A stretch of DNA of 64,000 bases from Escherichia coli (GTDB lineage: Bacteria > Pseudomonadota > Gammaproteobacteria > Enterobacterales > Enterobacteriaceae): NCBI RefSeq assembly GCF_003334335.1, contig NZ_QOWQ01000007.1; one strand, given 5' to 3'. A program made the translations under genes and the position numbers. The notes beneath the pieces were generated by a model. That model was not told the origin of the DNA and searched no databases. It saw nothing but the letters and a program-made list of their open reading frames with translations. Below, piece by piece: positions 1 to 10,802 of the stretch. Within the stretch, counting starts at the first letter, position 1. Each line of letters starts with the position of its first letter.

Positions 1-572
1 TCGGCCTGCTGGCAGAAGCGTTCCTCGAAAAAAATCCCGGCGCGAAGATCATCCACGATCCACGTCTCTCCTGGAATACCGTTGATGTGGTGACTGCCGC
101 TGGCGGCACGCCGGTGATGTCGAAAACCGGACACGCCTTTATTAAAGAACGTATGCGCAAGGAAGACGCCATCTACGGTGGCGAAATGAGCGCCCACCAT
201 TACTTCCGTGATTTCGCTTACTGCGACAGCGGCATGATCCCGTGGCTGCTGGTCGCCGAACTGGTGTGCCTGAAAGATAAAACGCTGGGCGAACTGGTAC
301 GCGACCGGATGGCGGCGTTTCCGGCAAGCGGTGAGATCAACAGCAAACTGGCGCAACCCGTTGAGGCGATTAACCGCGTGGAACAGCATTTTAGCCGTGA
401 GGCGCTGGCGGTGGATCGCACCGATGGCATCAGCATGACCTTTGCCGACTGGCGCTTTAACCTGCGCACCTCCAATACCGAACCGGTGGTGCGCCTGAAT
501 GTGGAATCGCGCGGTGATGTGCCGCTGATGGAAGCGCGAACGCGAACTCTGCTGACGTTGCTGAACGAGTAA
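1..572 (+). CDS. cpsG: Phosphomannomutase (colanic-acid cluster), 3' portion only; 5' end lies upstream of the window
   Basis: ORF 87..572 translation matches my recollection of the CpsG/ManB C-terminus (...[26 protein letters not shown]); reading frame is open back to the window edge; followed by wcaJ as in the wca cluster. Confidence 0.85.
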   Translation, partial: GLLAEAFLEKNPGAKIIHDPRLSWNTVDVVTAAGGTPVMSKTGHAFIKERMRKEDAIYGGEMSAHHYFRDFAYCDSGMIPWLLVAELVCLKDKTLGELVRDRMAAFPASGEINSKLAQPVEAINRVEQHFSREALAVDRTDGISMTFADWRFNLRTSNTEPVVRLNVESRGDVPLMEARTRTLLTLLNE

Positions 573-576
573 TGTC

Positions 577-690
577 ATTACTTTCCCCCTCACCCTGACG
601 CTCTACTGCCTGCGGAGAGAAGTGAGCACGGAACTTTCTTCTCCCCCTCGCCCCTTTGGGGAGAGGGCCGGGGTGAGGGGCGAGGCGACA
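577..690. repeat. GC-rich palindromic intergenic element (BoxC/RSA-like); probable hairpin between cpsG and wcaJ
   Basis: Inverted repeats ccccctcaccc (585-595) / ggggtgagggg (670-680) and ccccctcgcccc / ggggcgagg read directly; family name is from memory. Confidence 0.45.
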
Positions 691-707
691 ATAGAACAGG
701 AACAACG

Positions 708-2102
708 ATGACAAATCTAAAAAAGCGCGAGCGAGCGAAAACCAATGCATCGTTAATCTCTATGGTGCAACGCTTTTCAGATATCACCATCATGTTTGCC
801 GGACTATGGCTGGTTTGCGAAGTCAGCGGACTGTCATTCCTCTACATGCACCTGTTGGTGGCGCTGATTACGCTGGTGGTGTTCCAGATGCTGGGCGGCA
901 TCACCGATTTTTATCGCTCATGGCGCGGTGTTCGGGCAGCGACAGAATTTGCCCTGTTGCTACAAAACTGGACCTTAAGCGTGATTTTCAGCGCCGGACT
1001 GGTGGCGTTCAACAATGATTTCGACACGCAACTGAAAATCTGGCTGGCGTGGTATGGGCTGACCAGTATCGGACTGGTGGTTTGCCGTTCATGTATTCGT
1101 ATTGGGGCGGGCTGGCTGCGTAATCATGGCTATAACAAGCGCATGGTCGCCGTAGCGGGGGATTTAGCCGCCGGACAAATGCTGATGGAGAGCTTCCGTA
1201 ATCAGCCGTGGTTAGGGTTTGAAGTGGTGGGGGTTTACCACGACCCGAAACCGGGCGGCGTTTCTAACGACTGGGCGGGCAATCTTCAACAGCTGGTCGA
1301 GGACGCGAAAGCGGGCAAGATTCATAACGTCTATATCGCGATGCAAATGTGCGACGGCGCGCGAGTGAAAAAACTGGTCCATCAATTGGCGGACACCACC
1401 TGTTCGGTGTTGCTGATCCCCGATGTCTTTACCTTCAACATTCTCCATTCACGTCTTGAAGAGATGAACGGCGTTCCGGTGGTGCCGCTTTACGACACGC
1501 CGCTTTCCGGGGTTAACCGCCTGCTCAAACGTGCGGAAGACATTGTGCTGGCGACGCTTATTCTGCTGCTGATCTCCCCGGTGCTGTGCTGTATTGCGCT
1601 GGCGGTGAAACTCAGTTCACCAGGGCCGGTTATTTTCCGCCAGACTCGCTATGGCATGGATGGCAAACCGATCAAAGTGTGGAAGTTCCGTTCGATGAAA
1701 GTGATGGAGAACGACAAAGTGGTGACTCAGGCGACGCAGAACGATCCGCGCGTCACCAAAGTGGGGAACTTTCTGCGCCGCACCTCGCTGGATGAACTGC
1801 CGCAGTTTATCAATGTGCTGACCGGGGGGATGTCGATTGTGGGGCCACGTCCGCACGCAGTAGCGCATAACGAACAGTATCGCCAGCTCATTGAAGGCTA
1901 CATGCTGCGCCATAAAGTGAAACCGGGCATTACTGGCTGGGCGCAGATTAACGGCTGGCGCGGCGAAACCGACACGCTGGAGAAAATGGAAAAACGCGTC
2001 GAGTTCGACCTTGAGTACATCCGCGAATGGAGCGTCTGGTTCGATATCAAAATCGTTTTCCTGACGGTGTTCAAAGGTTTCGTTAACAAAGCGGCATATT
2101 GA
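708..2102 (+). CDS. wcaJ: UDP-glucose:undecaprenyl-phosphate glucose-1-phosphate transferase (colanic acid initiating transferase)
   Basis: 464 aa ORF; C-terminal sugar-transferase domain (PRPHAVAHNEQY...KPGITGWAQING); position after cpsG. Confidence 0.93.
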   Translation: MTNLKKRERAKTNASLISMVQRFSDITIMFAGLWLVCEVSGLSFLYMHLLVALITLVVFQMLGGITDFYRSWRGVRAATEFALLLQNWTLSVIFSAGLVAFNNDFDTQLKIWLAWYGLTSIGLVVCRSCIRIGAGWLRNHGYNKRMVAVAGDLAAGQMLMESFRNQPWLGFEVVGVYHDPKPGGVSNDWAGNLQQLVEDAKAGKIHNVYIAMQMCDGARVKKLVHQLADTTCSVLLIPDVFTFNILHSRLEEMNGVPVVPLYDTPLSGVNRLLKRAEDIVLATLILLLISPVLCCIALAVKLSSPGPVIFRQTRYGMDGKPIKVWKFRSMKVMENDKVVTQATQNDPRVTKVGNFLRRTSLDELPQFINVLTGGMSIVGPRPHAVAHNEQYRQLIEGYMLRHKVKPGITGWAQINGWRGETDTLEKMEKRVEFDLEYIREWSVWFDIKIVFLTVFKGFVNKAAY

Positions 2103-2103
2103 T

Positions 2104-3582
2104 ATGAGCTTACGTGAAAAAACCATCAGCGGCGCGAAGTGGTCGGCGATTGCCACGGTGATCATCATCGGCCTCGGGCTGGTGCAGATGACCGTGCTGG
2201 CGCGGATTATCGACAACCACCAGTTCGGCCTGCTGACTGTGTCGCTGGTGATTATCGCGCTGGCAGATACGCTTTCTGACTTTGGTATCGCTAACTCGAT
2301 TATTCAGCGAAAAGAAATCAGTCACCTTGAACTCACCACGTTGTACTGGCTGAACGTCGGGCTGGGGATCGTGGTGTGCGTGGCGGTGTTTTTGTTGAGT
2401 GATCTCATCGGCGACGTGCTGAATAACCCGGACCTGGCACCGTTGATTAAAACATTGTCGCTGGCGTTTGTGGTGATCCCCCACGGGCAACAGTTCCGCG
2501 CGTTGATGCAGAAGGAGCTGGAGTTCAACAAAATCGGCATGATCGAAACCAGCGCGGTACTGGCGGGCTTCACTTTTACGGTGGTTAGCGCCCATTTCTG
2601 GCCGCTGGCGATGACCGCGATCCTCGGTTATCTGGTCAATAGTGCGGTAAGAACGCTGCTGTTTGGCTACTTTGGTCGCAAAATTTATCGCCCCGGTCTG
2701 CATTTCTCGCTGGCGTCGGTGGCACCGAACTTACGCTTTGGTGCCTGGCTGACGGCGGACAGCATCATCAACTATCTCAATACCAACCTTTCAACGCTGG
2801 TGCTGGCGCGTATTCTCGGCGCGGGCGTGGCAGGGGGATACAACCTGGCGTACAACGTGGCCGTTGTGCCACCGATGAAGCTGAACCCAATCATCACCCG
2901 CGTGTTGTTTCCGGCATTCGCCAAAATTCAGGACGATACCGAAAAGCTGCGCGTTAACTTCTACAAGCTGCTGTCGGTAGTGGGGATTATCAACTTTCCG
3001 GCGCTGCTGGGGCTGATGGTGGTGTCGAATAACTTTGTACCGCTGGTCTTTGGTGAGAAGTGGAACAGCATTATTCCGGTGCTGCAATTGCTGTGTGTGG
3101 TGGGTCTGCTGCGTTCCGTAGGTAACCCGATTGGTTCGCTGCTGATGGCGAAAGCGCGGGTCGATATCAGCTTTAAATTCAACGTATTCAAAACCTTTCT
3201 GTTTATTCCGGCGATTGTTATTGGTGGGCAGATGGCGGGCGCAATTGGCGTCACGCTCGGCTTCCTGTTGGTACAGATTATCAACACCATTCTGAGTTAC
3301 TTCGTGATGATTAAACCGGTTCTTGGTTCCAGTTATCGCCAGTACATCCTGAGTTTGTGGCTGCCGTTTTATCTCTCGTTGCCGACGCTGGTGGTCAGTT
3401 ATGCGCTGGGCATTGTGCTGAAAGGGCAACTGGCGCTGGGGATGCTGCTGGCGGTGCAAATAGCCGCGGGCGTGCTGGCGTTTGTGGTGATGATTGTGCT
3501 GTCGCGCCATCCGCTGGTGGTGGAAGTGAAGCGTCAGTTTTGTCGCAGCGAAAAAATGAAAATGCTTTTACGGGCGGGGTGA
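2104..3582 (+). CDS. wzxC: Colanic acid repeat-unit flippase (Wzx family)
   Basis: 492 aa polytopic membrane protein immediately after wcaJ; length and synteny match K-12 wzxC. Confidence 0.92.
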   Translation: MSLREKTISGAKWSAIATVIIIGLGLVQMTVLARIIDNHQFGLLTVSLVIIALADTLSDFGIANSIIQRKEISHLELTTLYWLNVGLGIVVCVAVFLLSDLIGDVLNNPDLAPLIKTLSLAFVVIPHGQQFRALMQKELEFNKIGMIETSAVLAGFTFTVVSAHFWPLAMTAILGYLVNSAVRTLLFGYFGRKIYRPGLHFSLASVAPNLRFGAWLTADSIINYLNTNLSTLVLARILGAGVAGGYNLAYNVAVVPPMKLNPIITRVLFPAFAKIQDDTEKLRVNFYKLLSVVGIINFPALLGLMVVSNNFVPLVFGEKWNSIIPVLQLLCVVGLLRSVGNPIGSLLMAKARVDISFKFNVFKTFLFIPAIVIGGQMAGAIGVTLGFLLVQIINTILSYFVMIKPVLGSSYRQYILSLWLPFYLSLPTLVVSYALGIVLKGQLALGMLLAVQIAAGVLAFVVMIVLSRHPLVVEVKRQFCRSEKMKMLLRAG

Positions 3583-3610
3583 GTTGCTGTTTTCGGTTCC
3601 GACAACGGTT

Positions 3611-3797
3611 GCCGGATGCGGCGTAAAACGCCTTATCCATCCTACGGTTCCGTGCTCGGGACCTGTAGGCCTGATAAGACGCGTCAGCGTCGCATCAGGC
3701 ACTGAATGCCGGATGCGGCGTGAACGCCTTATCCGGCCTACGGTTCTGTGCTCGGGTCTTGTAGGCCTGATAAGACGCGTCAGCGTCGCATCAGGCA
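3611..3797. repeat. Tandem REP/BIME elements (two ~95 bp units)
   Basis: gccggatgcggcg...cttatcc...gtaggcctgataagacgcgtcagcgtcgcatcaggc occurs twice in tandem, classic REP palindromes; causes an artificial 5' extension of the wcaK ORF in the six-frame track. Confidence 0.85.
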
Positions 3798-3856
3798 AAA
3801 AGCGGCAACGAACAAAACAAACACAGCCCACCTGGCATCAAATTTATGAGGAAAAA

Positions 3857-5137
3857 ATGAAATTACTTATTCTGGGCAACCACACTTGCGGCAATCGTGG
3901 CGACAGCGCCATCCTGCGCGGCTTACTTGATGCCATCAACATCCTCAATCCACACGCCGAAGTGGACGTGATGAGCCGCTATCCGGTCAGTTCTTCCTGG
4001 CTGCTCAACCGCCCGGTAATGGGCGATCCGCTGTTCCTGCAAATGAAACAACACAACAGCGCGGCGGGCGTTGTCGGGCGCGTTAAAAAAGTCCTCCGTC
4101 GCCGCTACCAGCATCAGGTATTGCTCTCACGCGTCACCGACACTGGCAAGCTGCGTAATATCGCCATCGCCCAGGGATTCACCGACTTCGTGCGCCTGCT
4201 GTCAGATTACGACGCCATTATTCAGGTCGGCGGATCGTTTTTTGTCGATCTCTACGGCGTGCCGCAGTTTGAACATGCACTTTGCACGTTTATGGCGAAA
4301 AAGCCGCTGTTTATGATTGGTCACAGCGTCGGTCCCTTCCAGGATGAGCAATTTAACCAACTGGCGAACTACGTTTTTGGTCACTGCGACGCGCTGATCC
4401 TGCGCGAATCGGTCAGCCTTGATCTGATGAAACGCAGCAATATCACTACCGCAAAAGTGGAACATGGCGTCGATACCGCGTGGCTGGTCGATCACCACAC
4501 AGAAGAATTCACCGCCAGCTATGCCGTTCAACATTGGCTGGACGTTGCCGCACAACAGAAAACGGTGGCAATTACCCTGCGCGAACTGGCACCGTTCGAC
4601 AAACGTCTCGGCACCACTCAACAAGCGTATGAAAAAGCCTTTGCCGGGGTGGTCAATCGCATTCTCGACGAAGGCTATCAGGTTATTGCGCTCTCCACCT
4701 GTACGGGCATCGACAGCTATAATAAAGACGACCGCATGGTGGCGCTCAATCTTCGCCAGCACATCAGCGATCCTGCCCGTTACCACGTGGTGATGGATGA
4801 ACTCAACGATCTGGAAATGGGCAAAATTCTCGGAGCCTGTCAACTCACCGTCGGTACGCGTCTGCACTCAGCCATTATCTCGATGAATTTCTCCACTCCG
4901 GCAATTGCCATCAACTACGAACATAAATCCGCCGGGATTATGCAGCAGCTGGGGCTGCCAGAGATGGCGATCGATATCCGTCATTTATTAGATGGCAGCC
5001 TGCAAGCGATGGTTGCGGATACCTTAGGCCAGCTTCCGGCGCTGAACGCACGACTTAGCGAAGCCGTCAGTCGCGAACGTCAGACGGGAATGCAGATGGT
5101 GCAATCTGTGCTTGAGCGCATCGGGGAGGTGAAATGA
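3857..5137 (+). CDS. wcaK: Colanic acid biosynthesis pyruvyl transferase
   Basis: ATG at 3857 (MKLLILGNHTCGNRGDSA...) downstream of the REP elements gives 426 aa; polysaccharide pyruvyl transferase-like; synteny. Confidence 0.9.
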   Translation: MKLLILGNHTCGNRGDSAILRGLLDAINILNPHAEVDVMSRYPVSSSWLLNRPVMGDPLFLQMKQHNSAAGVVGRVKKVLRRRYQHQVLLSRVTDTGKLRNIAIAQGFTDFVRLLSDYDAIIQVGGSFFVDLYGVPQFEHALCTFMAKKPLFMIGHSVGPFQDEQFNQLANYVFGHCDALILRESVSLDLMKRSNITTAKVEHGVDTAWLVDHHTEEFTASYAVQHWLDVAAQQKTVAITLRELAPFDKRLGTTQQAYEKAFAGVVNRILDEGYQVIALSTCTGIDSYNKDDRMVALNLRQHISDPARYHVVMDELNDLEMGKILGACQLTVGTRLHSAIISMNFSTPAIAINYEHKSAGIMQQLGLPEMAIDIRHLLDGSLQAMVADTLGQLPALNARLSEAVSRERQTGMQMVQSVLERIGEVK

Positions 5138-6354
5138 AGGTCGGTTTCTTCTTATTGAAATTTCCGCTGTCGTCAGAAACCTTCGTTCTTAACCAAATCA
5201 CTGCGTTTATTGATATGGGCTTTGAAGTGGAGATTGTCGCGTTGCAAAAAGGCGATACAGAGAACACCCACGCGGCTTGGACGAAATACAACCTTGCTGC
5301 CAGAACCCGCTGGTTACAGGACGAACCTACGGGCAAAGTGGCGAAACTGCGCCACCGCGCCAGCCAGACCTTACGCGGCATTCATCGTAAAAATACCTGG
5401 CAGGCGCTCAACCTCAAACGCTATGGTGCCGAGTCGCGGAACCTGATTTTGTCTGCTATTTGCGGCCAGGTCGCAACCCCGTTTCATGCCGATGTGTTCA
5501 TCGCTCATTTTGGACCTGCGGGGGTAACCGCAGCAAAACTACGGGAACTGGGTGTCATTCGCGGCAAAATTGCCACCATTTTCCACGGCATTGATATCTC
5601 CAGTCGGGAAGTGCTCAACCGCTACACCCCCGAATATCAACAACTGTTTCGCCGTGGCGACCTGATGCTACCGATAAGCGATCTGTGGGCCGGAAGGCTG
5701 CAAAAAATGGGCTGCCCGAGGGAAAAAATCGCCGTATCGCGTATGGGTGTGGACATGACGCGCTTTAGCCCGCGTCCGGTGAAAGCGCCTGCAACGCCGC
5801 TGGAAATCATTTCCGTCGCACGCTTAACCGAGAAAAAAGGCCTGCATGTGGCGATCGAAGCCTGCCGTCAGTTGAAAGAGCAGGGTGTGGCATTTCGCTA
5901 TCGCATCCTCGGCATTGGCCCGTGGGAACGACGCTTGCGCACGCTCATCGAACAATATCAACTGGAAGATGTGGTGGAGATGCCGGGCTTTAAACCGAGC
6001 CATGAAGTGAAGGCGATGCTCGACGACGCGGATGTCTTCCTCCTGCCATCGGTAACGGGCGCGGACGGTGATATGGAAGGTATTCCGGTGGCGCTGATGG
6101 AAGCGATGGCGGTCGGCATTCCGGTGGTTTCTACTCTGCATAGCGGAATACCAGAGCTGGTCGAGGCCGATAAATCCGGCTGGCTGGTGCCTGAGAACGA
6201 TGCTCGCGCACTGGCGCAACGACTGGCGGCGTTTAGCCAACTGGACACTGACGAACTGGCTCCGGTTATCAAACGTGCTCGCGAAAAAGTCGAACACGAT
6301 TTTAACCAGCAGGTGATCAATCGAGAACTCGCCAGCTTGCTGCAAGCTTTATAG
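5134..6354 (+). CDS. wcaL: Colanic acid glycosyltransferase (GT4 family)
   Basis: 406 aa; ATGA start/stop overlap with wcaK; GT4-type C-terminal motifs ([20 protein letters not shown]). Confidence 0.92.
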   Translation: MKVGFFLLKFPLSSETFVLNQITAFIDMGFEVEIVALQKGDTENTHAAWTKYNLAARTRWLQDEPTGKVAKLRHRASQTLRGIHRKNTWQALNLKRYGAESRNLILSAICGQVATPFHADVFIAHFGPAGVTAAKLRELGVIRGKIATIFHGIDISSREVLNRYTPEYQQLFRRGDLMLPISDLWAGRLQKMGCPREKIAVSRMGVDMTRFSPRPVKAPATPLEIISVARLTEKKGLHVAIEACRQLKEQGVAFRYRILGIGPWERRLRTLIEQYQLEDVVEMPGFKPSHEVKAMLDDADVFLLPSVTGADGDMEGIPVALMEAMAVGIPVVSTLHSGIPELVEADKSGWLVPENDARALAQRLAAFSQLDTDELAPVIKRAREKVEHDFNQQVINRELASLLQAL

Positions 6355-6364
6355 AGGAGAACGC

Positions 6365-7759
6365 ATGCCATTTAAAACACTCTCCCGACGCACCTTCCTG
6401 ACGGCAAGCTCGGCGCTTGCCTTCCTCCATACCCCTTTCGCTCGCGCACTTCCCGCCCGACAAAGCGTTAACATTAACGACTACAACCCACACGACTGGA
6501 TCGCCTCATTTAAACAAGCCTTCAGCGAAGGGCGAACGGTCGTCGTGCCTGCCGGATTGGTTTGTGACAATATCAACACCGGCATCTTCATTCCTCCCGG
6601 CAAAACGTTACACATCCTTGGAAGCCTGCGCGGCAATGGCAGAGGGCGATTTGTCTTACAGGACGGCAGCCAGGTGACAGGGGAGGAGGGCGGCAGTATG
6701 CATAACATCACCCTGGATGTGCGTGGCTCTGACTGCACCATCAAAGGGCTGACGATGAGCGGCTTTGGTCCGGTAACGCAGATTTATATCGGCGGCAAAA
6801 ACAAACGAGTAATGCGTAACCTCTCCATCGATAACCTGACCGTTAGCCACGCTAATTACGCCATCTTACGCCAGGGATTTCATAACCAGATTATCGGTGC
6901 CAACATCACCAACTGTAAATTTAGTGATTTACAGGGCGACGCCATTGAATGGAACGTGGCGATTAACGACCGTGATATTTTGATATCTGACCATGTCATC
7001 GAGCGCATCAACTGTACCAACGGCAAAATCAACTGGGGTATCGGCATAGGCCTTGCGGGAAGTACCTACGATAATAACTACCCGGAAGACCAGGCAGTGA
7101 AAAACTTTGTCGTGGCGAATATCACGGGATCGGATTGTCGGCAGTTGATCCATGTTGAAAATGGTAAACATTTTGTTATTCGTAATATCAAAGCCCGCAA
7201 TATCACGCCGGATTTCAGTAAGAAAGCGGGCATTGATAACGCCACGGTCGCTATTTACGGTTGTGACAATTTCGTGATTGATAATATTGAAATGATTAAT
7301 AGCGCCGGGATGTTAATCGGGTATGGAGTAATTACAGGCAAATATCTCTCGATACCGCAAAATTTCCGAGTGAATAATATTCAACTGGATAATACCCACC
7401 TTGCTTACAAATTGCGCGGTATCCAAATCTCTGCCGGGAATGCCGTCTCCTTTGTGGCACTGACTAACATTGAGGTGAAGCGTGCGTCGCTGGAGTTACA
7501 CAACAAACCGCAACATCTTTTTATGCGTAATATCAAAGTGATGCAGGAATCCTCTGTTGGACCCGCATTGAGCATGAACTTTGACATGCGCAAAGACGTT
7601 CGCGGCGTCTTTATGGCGAAAAAAGAAACCCTGCTATCTCTTGCAAATGTTCATGCGGTGAATGAGAAAGGACAAAGCTCCGTCGATATCGATAGGGTTA
7701 ATCACCATATTGTTAATGTGGAAAAGATTAACTTTAGATTGCCGGAACGGAGAGAGTAG
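6365..7759 (+). CDS. wcaM: Colanic acid biosynthesis protein WcaM (secreted beta-helix-like protein)
   Basis: 464 aa with an N-terminal signal-like segment ([21 protein letters not shown]); last gene of the wca cluster by synteny. Confidence 0.9.
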   Translation: MPFKTLSRRTFLTASSALAFLHTPFARALPARQSVNINDYNPHDWIASFKQAFSEGRTVVVPAGLVCDNINTGIFIPPGKTLHILGSLRGNGRGRFVLQDGSQVTGEEGGSMHNITLDVRGSDCTIKGLTMSGFGPVTQIYIGGKNKRVMRNLSIDNLTVSHANYAILRQGFHNQIIGANITNCKFSDLQGDAIEWNVAINDRDILISDHVIERINCTNGKINWGIGIGLAGSTYDNNYPEDQAVKNFVVANITGSDCRQLIHVENGKHFVIRNIKARNITPDFSKKAGIDNATVAIYGCDNFVIDNIEMINSAGMLIGYGVITGKYLSIPQNFRVNNIQLDNTHLAYKLRGIQISAGNAVSFVALTNIEVKRASLELHNKPQHLFMRNIKVMQESSVGPALSMNFDMRKDVRGVFMAKKETLLSLANVHAVNEKGQSSVDIDRVNHHIVNVEKINFRLPERRE

Positions 7760-7933
7760 ATTTGCGACCATTCCTGGAAAAATGGAGCCATACTTAGGAA
7801 CAATGCTACTGCAATCCACAACGAAGCGGCGTAACATCACAAGTAATTCAGTAATCAATTCAGGGTAATTGATGCTGGCGAAAAAAATCGAACAAGCTAT
7901 AATTCAGCAACCATTTTACAGGTGGATGAAATA

Positions 7934-8827
7934 ATGACGAATTTAAAAGCAGTTATTCCTGTAGCGGGTCTTGGGATGCATATGTTGCCTGCCACTAAGG
8001 CGATTCCCAAAGAGATGCTACCGATCGTCGACAAGCCAATGATTCAGTACATTGTTGACGAGATTGTGGCTGCAGGGATCAAAGAAATCCTCCTGGTAAC
8101 TCACGCGTCCAAGAACGCGGTCGAAAACCACTTCGACACCTCTTATGAATTAGAATCTCTTCTTGAACTGCGCGTGAAGCGTCAGCTGCTGGCGGAAGTG
8201 CAGTCCATCTGTCCGCCGGGCGTGACCATTATGAACGTGCGTCAGGGCGAACCTTTAGGTTTAGGTCACTCCATTTTGTGTGCGCGGCCTGCCATTGGTG
8301 ACAATCCATTTGTCGTGGTGCTGCCAGACGTTGTGATCGACGACGCCAGCGCCGACCCGCTGCGCTACAACCTTGCTGCCATGATTGCACGATTCAACGA
8401 AACGGGTCGTAGCCAGGTGCTGGCAAAACGTATGCCGGGTGACCTCTCTGAATACTCGGTCATCCAGACCAAAGAACCACTGGACCGTGAAGGTAAAGTC
8501 AGCCGCATTGTTGAATTTATCGAAAAACCGGATCAGCCGCAGACGTTGGACTCAGACATCATGGCCGTTGGTCGCTATGTGCTTTCTGCCGATATTTGGC
8601 CGGAACTTGAACGCACTCAGCCTGGTGCATGGGGGCGTATTCAGCTGACTGATGCCATCGCTGAACTGGCGAAAAAACAGTCCGTTGATGCCATGCTGAT
8701 GACAGGTGACAGCTACGACTGCGGTAAAAAAATGGGCTATATGCAGGCGTTCGTGAAGTATGGGCTGCGCAACCTCAAAGAAGGGGCGAAGTTCCGTAAA
8801 GGCATTGAGAAGCTGTTAAGCGAATAA
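7934..8827 (+). CDS. galF: UTP-glucose-1-phosphate uridylyltransferase paralogue GalF
   Basis: [39 protein letters not shown]; ATG at 7934 gives 297 aa; classic left flank of O-antigen clusters. Confidence 0.95.
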   Translation: MTNLKAVIPVAGLGMHMLPATKAIPKEMLPIVDKPMIQYIVDEIVAAGIKEILLVTHASKNAVENHFDTSYELESLLELRVKRQLLAEVQSICPPGVTIMNVRQGEPLGLGHSILCARPAIGDNPFVVVLPDVVIDDASADPLRYNLAAMIARFNETGRSQVLAKRMPGDLSEYSVIQTKEPLDREGKVSRIVEFIEKPDQPQTLDSDIMAVGRYVLSADIWPELERTQPGAWGRIQLTDAIAELAKKQSVDAMLMTGDSYDCGKKMGYMQAFVKYGLRNLKEGAKFRKGIEKLLSE

Positions 8828-9084
8828 TGAAAATCTGACCGGATGTAACGGTTGATAAGAAAATTATAACGGCGGTGAAGATTCGTGGCGAAAGTAATTT
8901 GTTGCGAATATTCCTGCCGTTGTTTTATATAAATAATCAGAATAACAACGAGTTAGCAATAGGATTTTAGTCAAAGTTTTCCAGGATTTTCCTTGTTTCC
9001 AGAGCGGATTGGTAAGACAATTAGCGTTTGAATTTTTCGGGTTTAGCGCGAGTGGGTAACGCTCGTCACATCGTAGGCATGCAT

Positions 9085-9124
9085 GCAGTGCTCTGGTAGC
9101 TGTAAAGCCAGGGGCGGTAGCGTG
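9085..9124 (+). promoter_or_regulatory. JUMPstart element with ops site (RfaH-dependent antitermination signal) upstream of the O-antigen operon
   Basis: ggcggtagcgtg (ops consensus GGCGGTAGnnTG) at 9113-9124 within the galF-wzx leader. Confidence 0.65.
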
Positions 9125-9346
9125 TCCAGTTTTAATAAAAAACGGCAGATAATTATCGGTTATATAGTCAAAACAATAAAAGATATTTATTAAATATTAA
9201 CGGGGTTGGCTTTAGTGATAAAGTGAGGAAGAACTCAGAAAATGAGAGCATATATTAGAAGTTAGCAGTTTACTCAAATTTTAAACATTTATGTTAACAT
9301 ATGTTTCTGATGAAAATTGTGAGTTTGAATCAATTGCAAAATTATC

Positions 9347-10714
9347 ATGCTATCAAAGGACCATAATTTGTCACATATAAATGACCCTAATAAGTTCTGG
9401 CTTAAGTTAATCCCCCCTCAAATTTTATCAAAAATATCCAATTATAATGGATTATTGGCTGCTATCAATAATAGTGGATGGCTTATCTTTGATAAATTAA
9501 TTCGACTGGCTCTTGGGTTTATTGTTAGTGCATGGATTGCGCGATATCTTGGGCCGAATGATTTTGGTATACTAGCATATGTTCTTGCATATTTGGCCTT
9601 TTTTCAAACTATATCTGTTTTAGGTATGGATGGAATCATTGTTAGGGATATAGCGAGAGATAAAGATAAAGCCGGTGAAGTATTAGGAACTGCATTTATA
9701 TTAAGATTAACAGTTGGTTTTATTTGTTGGATATTTTCAATCATTGGGATGATTATATTTAATGGAATCCATGATGAGGTTGTGTATATTACGGCAATTA
9801 CAGGAGGTCTATTATTATTCCAATCCGTCGATACAGTAGATCTTTGGTTTCAGAGTCAAAGTGAAAGCCGGAGGACTGTTATTGCGAAATTGACAGCTTA
9901 CTTATTATCTAGCAGTGTAAAAATAATATTGATATTAAATGAAGCACCATTAATAGCATTCGCAACAATAATGTTATTTGAAACTGTGGTTTCAGCTGTA
10001 GCATTAGTTATTGCTTATAGAAAATATCCTTGTTATCAATCTTGGGTATTCTTAAAACAACGAGCATATAAAATTATTAATGAGTCCTGGCCCTTTATCT
10101 TAAGTGGCCTTTCAATCTCAATATATATGAGAATAGATCAAATCATGATCAAGGAGTTTATGGGGGATTCTGAACTGGGAATATATGCTGCAGTACTACC
10201 TTTTGCAACACTATGGTCGTTTATTCCAATGACACTATCAATAAGCTTGGCACCTTTTGTTGCAAAAACAAAACAAAAAGGGGAAAGAGAATATTGGACC
10301 TGTTTATATACAATCTTTAGAGTGTTTGCAATTATTGCTTGGTTTGTGGCAATACCTATATCACTAATGTCGAATCATATCGTTTCAATACTTTTAGGTG
10401 CTAAATATGAAGCTGGATCTGTGGTTTTATCTATAATGGCATTTGTAAATATTTTTATAAACATGGGCATAGCACAAAGTTTATGGATATTAAATGAAGG
10501 TAAATCTAAAGTTAGCTTGTATAAAACGATGATAGGTGCAGTTGTATGTGTTGCTGCTAACCTTATTTTGATTCCGAAATATGGGCTTATAGGGGCTTCT
10601 GTAAGCGCGTTATTGGCACAATTTACATCATGCATACTAAGCAATTTTCTCATATGCAAAAAAATATTTTATCTACAAGTTAGAAGTTTGTTTTTTATCA
10701 AGATGAAATTTTGA
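9347..10714 (+). CDS. wzx: O-antigen flippase (Wzx, MOP superfamily)
   Basis: 455 aa multi-pass hydrophobic protein; AT-rich coding sequence; first gene after JUMPstart; exact start not verified. Confidence 0.8.
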   Translation: MLSKDHNLSHINDPNKFWLKLIPPQILSKISNYNGLLAAINNSGWLIFDKLIRLALGFIVSAWIARYLGPNDFGILAYVLAYLAFFQTISVLGMDGIIVRDIARDKDKAGEVLGTAFILRLTVGFICWIFSIIGMIIFNGIHDEVVYITAITGGLLLFQSVDTVDLWFQSQSESRRTVIAKLTAYLLSSSVKIILILNEAPLIAFATIMLFETVVSAVALVIAYRKYPCYQSWVFLKQRAYKIINESWPFILSGLSISIYMRIDQIMIKEFMGDSELGIYAAVLPFATLWSFIPMTLSISLAPFVAKTKQKGEREYWTCLYTIFRVFAIIAWFVAIPISLMSNHIVSILLGAKYEAGSVVLSIMAFVNIFINMGIAQSLWILNEGKSKVSLYKTMIGAVVCVAANLILIPKYGLIGASVSALLAQFTSCILSNFLICKKIFYLQVRSLFFIKMKF

Positions 10715-10802
10715 TTAGTGAATAAGATATAGCGTTGCATATTTGTAATGAAATATAAATTAGATTAATCAGTAATATTGTTTTCAAAATAGGGATAATG
10801 CT

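Noticed and set aside
3611-3797. Possible CRISPR array suggested by the tandem repeats
   Set aside because: Only two repeat units, imperfect, with REP consensus (gccggatgcggcg / gcctgataagacgc) and no unique spacers or cas genes; this is a BIME.
3584-3856. 5' extension of the wcaK ORF (track ORF 3584..5137) and overlapping ORFs 3568..3831(-), 3395..3640(-)
   Set aside because: These run through the tandem REP/BIME palindromes and translate to repetitive Arg/Pro-rich peptides; the real wcaK start is the ATG at 3857.
1617-6345. Long antisense ORFs within colanic-acid genes (e.g. 1617..2216-, 2110..2703-, 2791..3510-, 4202..4867-, 5824..6345-)
   Set aside because: Shadow ORFs on the opposite strand of well-supported conserved genes in GC-rich DNA; no independent start signals; His/Arg/Gln-rich low-complexity translations.
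8828-9346. Possible small gene or mobile-element remnant in the galF-wzx gap
   Set aside because: The region is an AT-rich untranslated leader containing JUMPstart/ops; no ORF of meaningful length and no inverted terminal repeats.
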